NCBI GenBank assembly: GCA_043732185.1
Contig: JAYTHY010000050.1
Coordinates: 32,034-96,033 of the forward strand
Direction: 5' to 3'
Origin: Fibrobacteria bacterium
GTDB taxonomy: Bacteria > Fibrobacterota > Fibrobacteria > UBA11236
DNA: 64,000 nt
In this document: piece after piece, positions 55,436-64,000 of the stretch
How positions within the stretch are numbered: position 1 is the stretch's first letter
Layout: each line of letters begins with the position of its first letter
Translations under genes and position numbers: made by a program
The notes under the pieces: generated by a model
Databases searched by the model: none
Seen by the model: only the letters and a program-made list of their open reading frames with translations
What the model was told of the DNA's origin: nothing

Positions 55436-58074
55436 AAACCGGTTTGCGTACTCTCGGCCCCTCTCGAACCCCTGGCTCCGAATCGTCTGGACCAGGGGTT
55501 TTTGCTATGTTTTATTGCATACAGACCTTCATCCGACACTTCAGCGCATGGGCTCTCGCGAGTCTTGTTCTCTGCGTCTTGCCCGCCGCCGCCAAAGTTC
55601 CCATCCCCGATATCCGCGACAGCTATGGTGTTGCCTTGGCGGACTTCGACGGTGATGGACTGCTCGATGTGTATATGGTCGGTTTCCGCACACTGAACAG
55701 ATTGCTCATCAACAATGGTGACGGAACCTTTCGCGACAAAAGCATTTCCGCCGGTGTTGGCGGCAACTTGACGCCGCAAGGCATACGCAATTTGGAACTC
55801 GGTGCCAGCGCCGTGGACTTTGACAATGACGGGGCCGTGGATATCCTTATCTGCGGTTGGGGTGAAGCCTTGGATCTTTTAAAGAATCGTAAAGACGGGA
55901 CGTTCGTGTCCGTCTCCCGGCGCGTGGGACTGATGCGTAACACAGACGCCAATATGGGAGTGTGGGCCGACCTGGACCAGGATGGCTACCTCGACTTGTT
56001 GCTAACCAATGAACAGGGTCCTGTACGACTCTATCGGAACGATCATGGCATTCGCTTCGTACCCATTTCCCTCGACAGCGCAGGCATTGCCTCCGATTCT
56101 GGATCCCAGGGAGCGCTTTGGTCCGATCTCGATTTGGACGGGGACCAAGATTTGATTCTCACCGGATGGCATCATTCCCTACGGATTTACGAACAGGTCA
56201 GCCCCTTCAAATTCCGCGAAGTAAACTTGGGCCTAGACTTGCCAGCCGGAATGCGCTGCAATGCCGCATTGTCGGGAGATTTCGACAAAGACGGGGATGC
56301 GGATTTGTTGATCACGGTGCGGCAGGGGACCAATCTTCTGCTTGTGAACCAAGCCAATCCCACATTGACGGCGGATCAACCCAGTGCCTGGCGACCGGTC
56401 CCAAAACCCATTCATTTCCTGGAGAAGGCGCAGGTGCTGGGCTTAAAAGACACCCTGGACAGTTATGGCGGCGCATTTGGGGATTATGACGGGGATGGCG
56501 ATGTGGATCTGTTTCTCACCACGCGAAGTCATAATTACTATTACGAAAATCACAATGGCACATTCATTTCGCGCCCGCTTCGTGACGTCGAAATGGATGA
56601 TGAGGATTCCCGGTACAATACAGGATTCATGTTCGGGGATTTGACACCCGCTCCCGGCGACGAGCGTGTCATCATTTCCAGAGACAGCGCCTCCACCATT
56701 TTAGAAGGACCGAAGCCCGCCTGCCGAAGTTTGAAAATCGTGCTGCGTGGCGTTCACTCCAATCGAAACGGCATAGGCAGTCGCCTTGGAATTTGGGGGC
56801 TGGCTCCAGGACTCGCTGGGCCCAGTTCAGGACCCACTTCAGGCAGCTCTTCAAAGGACACGTGGCGGCAAACGCAAAGCTTTGAAATTCATGGTGGATC
56901 AGGATATCTCAGTTCCTACGTAGGGCCGCTCACGGTTTTTTTACCGGACTCACAAAAGGTAAAGAAACTGAGTGTGCGCTTTCCCAGTGGTAAAACGGTA
57001 ATCCGAACTATTGGCCCAAGCGATACCCTGATTGAAGTTTGGGAAGCTGGACCTGTCAGTGTCGCCTGGGAGCGTGGTGGTCGCGCCGTGTACAACGCGT
57101 TGCGCGATCCCATTTGGCGCCGGAAGATTCTCCTTATCCTGCTTGCGGTGACGGCGATTTTTGTTTTCCTCCGCGCCTTGGTCAAAGCCTTGGCGGGCAA
57201 TATTGCACGCAAGCAATACACGAAAGAATTGGTCGAAAAAAATCGGGAGCTCAACTCGCTGATCGAGGAAGTCAAGCATACCCAGCAGCAGCTTATTCAC
57301 AGCGAAAAATTGGCCGGCTTGGGCCAATTGGTAGCCGGTATCGCCCATGAGCTCAACAATCCCATCGGATTCATTTACGCCAATTTATTCCAGATTCGAA
57401 AATATCTGGACGGGCTGGAAAAAAGGCCCTTGGACGCCGAGTCAGTGGTCATGGTACATAAAATTGATCAAGCCTTACGGGAAAGTCAGGAAGGATCCAT
57501 CCGCATCCGCGACATCGTCCAAAACCTTCGAGGTCTTTCGCGCGCCGGCACTCCAGGTCCAGGAACCGGTCTCGGAAACGTCCTCCACAAACGGCCCTGC
57601 AATATCATCCAAATGCTGGACAAAAGTTTGCTCCTGGCGCAAACCGGTTTCAGCAAGAATATCCGGATCACCAAGGACTATCAGCCCATTCCGCTGATTG
57701 AAGCCGATGAAACCCAAATCCAACAAGTCTTCTTGAACTTGTTCGTGAATGCCGGCCAAGCCATGGGCGAAAAAGGCACGCTACATATCCACACTCACAT
57801 CCAGACCCACACCCACACAGAACAAGATAAAATCGTGATTTCCATCACCGATGAAGGTCCGGGCATCAGTCCGGAAAACCTCCCTCGCCTATTCGAACCC
57901 TTCTTCACAACCAAACCCGTGGGCCAGGGAATTGGCTTGGGGCTGCATATCTGCTATCAAATCCTCACTGCCCATCAAGGCAAAATCGAAGTACGCTCGC
58001 TTCCAGCCCCCGCTCACGGCGCCGAATTTCTAATCCAGTTGCCTTTGCCGCTTACCAAGGAGCCAACCCCCTGA
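55432..58074 (+). CDS. Sensor histidine kinase with extracytoplasmic FG-GAP propeller + ASPIC/UnbV domain
   Basis: Six D-x-D-x-D-G-x-x-D repeats plus a degenerate seventh; SNRNGIGS/GGSGYLS/VRFPSG; one TM; AHELNNP, N/G1/F/G2 boxes; alternative start ATG 55507. Confidence 0.9.
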   Translation: MKTGLRTLGPSRTPGSESSGPGVFAMFYCIQTFIRHFSAWALASLVLCVLPAAAKVPIPDIRDSYGVALADFDGDGLLDVYMVGFRTLNRLLINNGDGTFRDKSISAGVGGNLTPQGIRNLELGASAVDFDNDGAVDILICGWGEALDLLKNRKDGTFVSVSRRVGLMRNTDANMGVWADLDQDGYLDLLLTNEQGPVRLYRNDHGIRFVPISLDSAGIASDSGSQGALWSDLDLDGDQDLILTGWHHSLRIYEQVSPFKFREVNLGLDLPAGMRCNAALSGDFDKDGDADLLITVRQGTNLLLVNQANPTLTADQPSAWRPVPKPIHFLEKAQVLGLKDTLDSYGGAFGDYDGDGDVDLFLTTRSHNYYYENHNGTFISRPLRDVEMDDEDSRYNTGFMFGDLTPAPGDERVIISRDSASTILEGPKPACRSLKIVLRGVHSNRNGIGSRLGIWGLAPGLAGPSSGPTSGSSSKDTWRQTQSFEIHGGSGYLSSYVGPLTVFLPDSQKVKKLSVRFPSGKTVIRTIGPSDTLIEVWEAGPVSVAWERGGRAVYNALRDPIWRRKILLILLAVTAIFVFLRALVKALAGNIARKQYTKELVEKNRELNSLIEEVKHTQQQLIHSEKLAGLGQLVAGIAHELNNPIGFIYANLFQIRKYLDGLEKRPLDAESVVMVHKIDQALRESQEGSIRIRDIVQNLRGLSRAGTPGPGTGLGNVLHKRPCNIIQMLDKSLLLAQTGFSKNIRITKDYQPIPLIEADETQIQQVFLNLFVNAGQAMGEKGTLHIHTHIQTHTHTEQDKIVISITDEGPGISPENLPRLFEPFFTTKPVGQGIGLGLHICYQILTAHQGKIEVRSLPAPAHGAEFLIQLPLPLTKEPTP

Positions 58075-59543
58075 TGACTATGGAAACCCAAAAGCCGACT
58101 ATTCTAATTGTCGACGACGAACCCGCCATTGTGAGCAGCATCATCCGTTCCTTAGAAGACGAGTACAACTGTCTAGGCGCGGCCAATGCTTTGGAAGCGC
58201 GCCAGGTATTCGCCGCCAACCGAATCGTTTGCGTATTGAGTGATCAGCGCATGCCCGGCGAACCTGGATCGGAATTTTTGGCCTGGGTCAAGGAAACGTA
58301 TCCGGAAACGATCCGCATCCTGATCACGGGTTATTCGGATTTCGAATCGGTGGTGGCGGCAGTAAACAAAGGTCAGATCTATCATTTTCTCCACAAACCT
58401 TGGGAACCGATCCATTTGGAAATGGTCATCCGCCAGGCCGTGCAGATGCACGATTTGTCGGCGGAAAATCAACGTCTGCAATCCGAGCTTAAGGTGAGAA
58501 ACCAGCAATTGGAGCGTGAGAACATCCAGCTCAAGGCGGAAACCATTCAGTCCACGTCCGCCTTCAAGGATTTGATCGGCCTTAGCCCACCCATGCAGCG
58601 GCTTAAAACCAAACTCCAAGCTTTACTTCCGTCGCAGAGTACCGTGCTGGTTACGGGGGAATCGGGCACTGGAAAAGAACTGGTAGCCCGGGCGCTTCAT
58701 TTCGGTGGGGCCCGCAAGGATAAAGCCTTCGTGGCCCAGAACTGCGCCGCTTTGCCGGATTCCATTTTGGAGAGTGAACTTTTCGGCCATGTCAAAGGAG
58801 CCTTTACGCATGCGGTGGAAACGCGCATTGGCATCATCGAAAGCGCCCACGGCGGCACTTTGTTTTTGGATGAGGTCGGTGACATGACCTTATCCCTGCA
58901 GGCCAAGGTGTTGCGTTTTCTTCAGGAAGGCGTCATCACCCAAGTAGGCGGCCGAATCGAAAAGCGCGTAGACGTACGGGTTATCGCCGCTACCCACCGC
59001 GATTTGGAAGCCATGGTCGCGGACAAAAGTTTCCGTGAGGACCTGTATTACCGCTTGGCTGTAATCCCTGTGCGCACGCCCGCCTTGCGCGAACGTCGGG
59101 AAGACATTCCCGTATTGGCGGAACATTTTCTGCGCAAGAAAGCCGTCAAGCTTGGAAAAGCAGTGCCAATACTCGCCACTGAGACCTTGACCCTACTCGC
59201 TGCCCACAACTTTCCTGGCAATGTTCGGGAACTGGAAAACGCCCTGGAATACGCCCTCAATATGATCGGTAACAGCAACGTTATCCTACCGGAAGACTTG
59301 CCCGACCGTATTCAAGGGCTGGATAAAAAACCTATCCTCGCAACAGCCACAGACTCTCATGCAGCCGATGCGATTCCTCAGGACCTGCCTTTGGATGCGG
59401 CCATTATGGCCCTGGAAGTAGACTGGATAAACCGGGCCATGCTGGCCTCGGGAGGAAATATTTCCCATGCAGCCAAAGCATTGGGGTTGAGCCGACAAGG
59501 GCTTCACAACAAGCTGGCCAAGCACGGCATCAAGGGCGAGTAG
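58074..59543 (+). CDS. Sigma54-dependent response regulator (REC-AAA+-Fis HTH)
   Basis: [52 protein letters not shown]-terminal HTH. Confidence 0.95.
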   Translation: MTMETQKPTILIVDDEPAIVSSIIRSLEDEYNCLGAANALEARQVFAANRIVCVLSDQRMPGEPGSEFLAWVKETYPETIRILITGYSDFESVVAAVNKGQIYHFLHKPWEPIHLEMVIRQAVQMHDLSAENQRLQSELKVRNQQLERENIQLKAETIQSTSAFKDLIGLSPPMQRLKTKLQALLPSQSTVLVTGESGTGKELVARALHFGGARKDKAFVAQNCAALPDSILESELFGHVKGAFTHAVETRIGIIESAHGGTLFLDEVGDMTLSLQAKVLRFLQEGVITQVGGRIEKRVDVRVIAATHRDLEAMVADKSFREDLYYRLAVIPVRTPALRERREDIPVLAEHFLRKKAVKLGKAVPILATETLTLLAAHNFPGNVRELENALEYALNMIGNSNVILPEDLPDRIQGLDKKPILATATDSHAADAIPQDLPLDAAIMALEVDWINRAMLASGGNISHAAKALGLSRQGLHNKLAKHGIKGE

Positions 59544-59545
59544 GG

Positions 59546-61750
59546 TTGCAAAAAATGTTTCCTGTCCAACGGCGGTCACTTCATTTCTGTATTGCCCATA
59601 TCCTTTTGACCGGATTCTCTTTGGCAATGGCAACGACAATGGCAATAACAACGGCAACGGAAATGCCGGATACGGCCGCATTTCATTTGGAAATTTCACC
59701 TTCCGATTCCCTTTCTTCGAACAAAATAAATCTATTGCTCCATCCAAGCTTAGACTCTGCGCATTCGATTCTAGCCAGCCTCCCCGCCTATACGCGGGTG
59801 CGCACGACTCGATTCGGGAGCTGGGACGGGGACTCGGGTATGCTGGTTGGAAGTGAACTTGGCCGTTACCCCCAACTTTACCGCGTTGTGGGCCCGGGTG
59901 CCGTTCGCCAACAATTGACTTTCTTCACCAAACGCATGGCTGGCTTCTATCCCAATCCAAACCCTAGGCAAAAAAATCTGCTCTACATCGAGGATACGGG
60001 CGGCGATGAAGATTTTCACCTCGACTTGTTGAACTTGGCGACGGGAAAAAATCAAAACTTGGGCTGCCCTCCGGGCCGCGTGGAAGGTGTCTTTTGGAAC
60101 GACTCCGGTACGGCTTTCGTCTACGCGCACACCCCCAAGGGAACGGATCGCTGGGATATCCGCCTGGGCCGCGCCGATGGAAAAGACACCCTGCTTCTCT
60201 CTCTGCCCGGTACGTGGTCGCCGATGGATTTGAGCCCCGATGGCAAATACCTGCTGGTGCAGAAATACATTTCCGCTGCGGATGCGGAATTGCATGTGCT
60301 CTCCCTTTCTGACGGCAGTTTGAAGGGCAGTTTGACGCCAGTGCTTCCTCCCGGCCAGCGCGCCCTTTCCGGCAACGCACTTTTTGTGCCTTCTACACTT
60401 GGAAAAAATGGCACATGGGACGTTTGTTTTACTTCCGACTGGGAAGGCGAATTCGTGCGCCTCTACCGGGTCCAGCTCGGAAAAATGAATGTGCCCGCGC
60501 GTCAAGTCCCATTGAGTCAGGCACCCGCAAGTGGTGCACCTGTTCCACTTTCGCTCAATACCAACTGGGATGTGGAATGGGTTAGCGCCAGTCAGGACCG
60601 GAGTCTCCTGGTTTACGCCCTTAACGAAGAGGGGATAAGCAAATTGTATGCATTGCACCTGACCGCAAAACCTGCGGGCTCCCTTAAGCCCAACCTACTC
60701 CCCGGTATTCCCGAAGGCTTGATCGATGGCGTGCATTTCCGGCCTGATTCCAAGCCCTCCCGAGCATTCGCGTTTACTCTTGCAGGCCCAACCTTCCCCG
60801 GCGAAGTTTTCACGTATCGTATGGATGGGCGTGTATCGAAACGTTGGACAAAAAACGAATCCGCAGATTTGCCACCAGAGGCATTTAGTCGGCCTAAGTT
60901 GATCCATTTTCCCAGTTTCGACTCCGTCCTGATCCAAATACCGGCTTGGATGTATAGCCCCAACACCAAGTCCGCCCACGCACCTTTGCCCGTGCTTATC
61001 CTCATCCACGGAGGACCGGAATCCCAGGCCCGACCGGCATTCGACCCGTTTATCCAATATGCGGTGGGGCAATTGGGATTGACCGTGATTCAGCCCAATG
61101 TCCGCGGTTCGTCTGGCTATGGCAAAAGTTGGCAGCAAGCGGACGATGGGTTAAAACGCATGGCCAGTGTCCGGGATATCGGCGCCTTGCTGGACTGGAT
61201 AAAAACGCAACCGGATTTGGATTCGACTCGCATAGCCGTGGCAGGCCGGTCTTATGGCGGCTTCATGGCATTGAGCGCTCTGATTGAATACGGACCGCAG
61301 GGGAAAAACGCAGGGCAATTGCAGAGCCAAAACCAGGGGCGACTGCGCGGAGGGATAAGCACCGTGGGCATCACTCATTTCCCCTCCTTTTTGAAAAAAA
61401 CCAGCGGCTACCGACGCGACCTTCGCCGCGTTGAATACGGGGACGAGCGCATTCCCGCCATGGCAGAGTTCCTCGACAGCATTTCGCCGCTGACCCGTTT
61501 GAATAGGCTGCAAGCCCCGCTGCTCCTATGCCACGGCCGGAACGATCCCCGCGTGCCCTACCAAGAATCGGAAACCATCGCCGCTGCACTCAAAGCAAAA
61601 CAGGTCCCGGTCTGGTTCCTGACTTTTGAACAAGAAGGGCATGCCTTCCGGGATCAAGAAAACCAGCTCATCCACTACCGGGTGATGGCCGAGTTTTTGA
61701 CAAAAGTGCTCGACCTCAAACCCGGTTCTGCACTAAAATTTAGGCGCTGA
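59546..61750 (+). CDS. Exported S9 family (prolyl oligopeptidase/acylaminoacyl) peptidase
   Basis: Propeller region; IHGGPE, PNVRGSSGYG, GRSYGG, GRNDPRV, EGH triad. Confidence 0.92.
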   Translation: MQKMFPVQRRSLHFCIAHILLTGFSLAMATTMAITTATEMPDTAAFHLEISPSDSLSSNKINLLLHPSLDSAHSILASLPAYTRVRTTRFGSWDGDSGMLVGSELGRYPQLYRVVGPGAVRQQLTFFTKRMAGFYPNPNPRQKNLLYIEDTGGDEDFHLDLLNLATGKNQNLGCPPGRVEGVFWNDSGTAFVYAHTPKGTDRWDIRLGRADGKDTLLLSLPGTWSPMDLSPDGKYLLVQKYISAADAELHVLSLSDGSLKGSLTPVLPPGQRALSGNALFVPSTLGKNGTWDVCFTSDWEGEFVRLYRVQLGKMNVPARQVPLSQAPASGAPVPLSLNTNWDVEWVSASQDRSLLVYALNEEGISKLYALHLTAKPAGSLKPNLLPGIPEGLIDGVHFRPDSKPSRAFAFTLAGPTFPGEVFTYRMDGRVSKRWTKNESADLPPEAFSRPKLIHFPSFDSVLIQIPAWMYSPNTKSAHAPLPVLILIHGGPESQARPAFDPFIQYAVGQLGLTVIQPNVRGSSGYGKSWQQADDGLKRMASVRDIGALLDWIKTQPDLDSTRIAVAGRSYGGFMALSALIEYGPQGKNAGQLQSQNQGRLRGGISTVGITHFPSFLKKTSGYRRDLRRVEYGDERIPAMAEFLDSISPLTRLNRLQAPLLLCHGRNDPRVPYQESETIAAALKAKQVPVWFLTFEQEGHAFRDQENQLIHYRVMAEFLTKVLDLKPGSALKFRR

Positions 61751-61870
61751 AAATTCTATTATTTACCGCGTTCGGAAACCGGAGCTCGAGTCGTGGAACG
61801 GACGCTGCTCAACGGTCGCTGCTGAAGAGTTGTTACTAAAAGGTTTTCCTGGACGAGAAAGGCTTTCTGG

Positions 61871-62560
61871 ATGCACGCAATAAAAAAATATCTGGGTTCC
61901 TCGATAGGGAGGAAACAAGTGATGGGAAGCACCGGCATCGCACTCTATGGCTTCCTCCTCGCCCATCTGGTGGGCAACCTGGGCATCTTCAGCGGCGCGG
62001 AACATTACAATCAATACGGATATCTGCTCCTACATACTTTGGCCGAGCTCATTATTCCAGCGGAACTGGCCCTCATCGCCTGCATTCTCGTGCATATCGT
62101 ATTGGCCATTCAGCTCCGCCGCGAGAACAAAGCGGCCAGGCCCATCGCCTATGCCGTTACGCCCAACCACGGGAAAAAAACGTTGTCTTCCACCACCATG
62201 ATGGTAACGGGCAGCGCTATCCTCGTCTTTGTCATCGTCCATATCGCCCACTTCCGTTACGGCGCAGTTACCGGACACACCATGGTTACCTATGACGGCG
62301 TGGAAATGCGCGACCTCTACGGCACCTTGATGGACGCCTTTTCCAATTGGTGGTATGCTTTGGCGTACGTCGCCGTGTTCACCTTGGTGTTTTCACACTT
62401 AGCCCATGGCGTGCAGAGCAGCTTGCAATCCCTGGGCTTCAACCATCCCAAATACACTCCGGCCCTCAAATGGTTGGGCCGAGCCTACGCTCTGAGCATA
62501 TCAGGCGGTTTCAGCCTTTTGGCCATCTGGGCCTTTTTTCAATCTGGAGGGACGCATTAA
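61871..62560 (+). CDS. sdhC: Succinate dehydrogenase cytochrome b subunit
   Basis: [29 protein letters not shown]; directly upstream of the flavoprotein. Confidence 0.92.
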   Translation: MHAIKKYLGSSIGRKQVMGSTGIALYGFLLAHLVGNLGIFSGAEHYNQYGYLLLHTLAELIIPAELALIACILVHIVLAIQLRRENKAARPIAYAVTPNHGKKTLSSTTMMVTGSAILVFVIVHIAHFRYGAVTGHTMVTYDGVEMRDLYGTLMDAFSNWWYALAYVAVFTLVFSHLAHGVQSSLQSLGFNHPKYTPALKWLGRAYALSISGGFSLLAIWAFFQSGGTH

Positions 62561-62561
62561 C

Positions 62562-64000
62562 ATGGCACTCGATTCCAAAATCCCTCCCGGACCGCTCGAA
62601 AAGAAATGGGACGAATACCGCGCCAATATGAAACTGGTCAATCCGGCCAACAAACGCAAGCATAAAATCATTGTAATCGGTACGGGATTGGCCGGCAGTT
62701 CCGCCGCCGCCACCTTGGCTGAAGCCGGTTATAATGTGCATGCTTTTACCTGGCAAGACAGTCCCAGGCGCGCCCATAGCATTGCCGCCCAGGGCGGAAT
62801 CAATGCCGCCAAGAATTATCCCAATGACGGCGACAGCGTCCATCGCCTTTTTTATGACACCATCAAAGGTGGTGACTTTAGAGCACGGGAAGCCAACGTG
62901 TACAGACTCGCCCAGGTTTCCGTCAACATCATCGACCAATGCGTGGCCCAAGGCGTGCCCTTTGCCCGCGATTACGGCGGCCTGCTGGAAAACCGTTCCT
63001 TTGGCGGCACGCAAGTTTCCCGTACCTTCTATGCCCGAGGTCAAACCGGCCAGCAGTTGTTGCTCGGCGCCTACCAAGGCATGATGCGACAAGTGGGACT
63101 GGGCAATATCGAACTCCATGTGCGCAAGGAGATGCTCGATATGGTGCTCGTCGACGGCGTAGCGCGGGGCGTCATCTTCCGCAATCTGGTCACGGGTGAA
63201 TTGGAACGGCACGAAGCCGACGCCGTCATCATGGCCACGGGCGGTTACAGCCGCGTATTCTATCTCTCCACCAACGCCATGGGCTGCAATGTCACCGCCA
63301 CCTGGCGCGCCCATAAACGCGGCGCCTATTTCGCAAACCCGTGCTTCACGCAAATCCATCCCACCTGCATTCCCGTTACCGGCGATCACCAAAGCAAACT
63401 CACTTTGATGTCGGAAAGCCTGCGCAATGATGGCCGCGTCTGGGTGCCGCGAAAAGCCGGAGACAAGCGCCCGCCGGAAACCATTCCGGAAGCAGAGCGA
63501 TTCTATTTCCTCGAAGAAAAATACCCCAGCTTCGGAAACCTGGTCCCCCGTGACGTAGCCTCCCGCAACGCCAAAGAAGCCTGCGACAAGGGCATGGGCG
63601 TGGGTGCCTCCGGAATGGCCGTGTACTTAGACTTCGCCGATGCCATCAAGCGCGTGGGCGAACCCAAAATCAGGGAAAAATACGGCAATCTTTTTGATAT
63701 GTATTTCCGCATCACGGATGAGAATCCGTACAAAACCCCAATGCGCATCTACCCCGCCGTCCACTATACCATGGGCGGACTTTGGGTGGACTACAATCTG
63801 ATGAGCACCATCCCGGGCCTCTTTGTGGCCGGCGAAGCGAACTTCTCCGATCACGGCGCAAACCGCCTCGGCGCGAGCGCGCTCATGCAGGGCCTCGCGG
63901 ATGGCTACTTCATCCTGCCCTCGACGATCGGCAACTACCTCGCGACCGTCGCGCCCGACAAACGCCCGACCGCCGACCACGCCGAATTCCGCGCCGCCGA
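62562..64000 (+). CDS. sdhA: Succinate dehydrogenase/fumarate reductase flavoprotein (runs off window end; not in ORF track)
   Basis: Manual translation [10 protein letters not shown]...VNPANKRK...IGTGLAG...[14 protein letters not shown]...QIHPT...HYTMGG...HGANRLGA. Confidence 0.96.
   Translation, partial: MALDSKIPPGPLEKKWDEYRANMKLVNPANKRKHKIIVIGTGLAGSSAAATLAEAGYNVHAFTWQDSPRRAHSIAAQGGINAAKNYPNDGDSVHRLFYDTIKGGDFRAREANVYRLAQVSVNIIDQCVAQGVPFARDYGGLLENRSFGGTQVSRTFYARGQTGQQLLLGAYQGMMRQVGLGNIELHVRKEMLDMVLVDGVARGVIFRNLVTGELERHEADAVIMATGGYSRVFYLSTNAMGCNVTATWRAHKRGAYFANPCFTQIHPTCIPVTGDHQSKLTLMSESLRNDGRVWVPRKAGDKRPPETIPEAERFYFLEEKYPSFGNLVPRDVASRNAKEACDKGMGVGASGMAVYLDFADAIKRVGEPKIREKYGNLFDMYFRITDENPYKTPMRIYPAVHYTMGGLWVDYNLMSTIPGLFVAGEANFSDHGANRLGASALMQGLADGYFILPSTIGNYLATVAPDKRPTADHAEFRAA

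Noticed and set aside
59771..60658. 295-aa minus-strand ORF
   Set aside because: Lies wholly antisense to the S9 peptidase and has no motifs.
62511..63392. 293-aa minus-strand ORF
   Set aside because: Antisense shadow of sdhA caused by high-GC codon bias.

Overview
Gene-dense bacterial chromosomal window of roughly 50% GC (by eye), with about 55 CDS and one tRNA-His(GTG). I found no rRNA, CRISPR array, integrase or transposase. The many secreted enzymes with T9SS-like or short basic C-terminal tails, the cadherin-like lipoprotein, the cyclophilin-FKBP fusion and the FCB-type sdhCA suggest a free-living Fibrobacterota/FCB-group organism (inference). Layout: (1) 1-5.7 kb holds a TIGR01777 epimerase (partial), VKOR, an orphan ThsB-like TIR, three SAM methyltransferases including a SET protein, and a COG4705 pseudogene broken by an internal deletion. 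(2) 5.7-20 kb is a cluster of secreted glycan/peptide-degrading enzymes around a sugar ABC transporter. (3) 20-50 kb is mixed housekeeping and envelope genes (tRNA-His, a lipoprotein plus TraF/PorV-like barrel, PPIase, folE2, rlmD, hrpB, motAB). (4) 50.6-61.8 kb is the best candidate for an undescribed system. It has a histidine kinase whose sensor is a complete FG-GAP/ASPIC-UnbV (CRTAC1-like) propeller, a sigma54 activator with a GAFTHA loop, and an S9 peptidase. It also has two paralogous small secreted His/Arg-rich proteins (one followed by a FadL-like barrel), each behind a near-identical variant sigma54 promoter (TGGCCC-N5-TTGAT) and a shared TGTCCA-N5-TGGACA-like upstream site. A degenerate RHH/Doc pair plus an AAA ATPase interrupts this locus. 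(5) sdhC and a partial sdhA close the window. All family calls come from reading motifs by eye; no database search was run.
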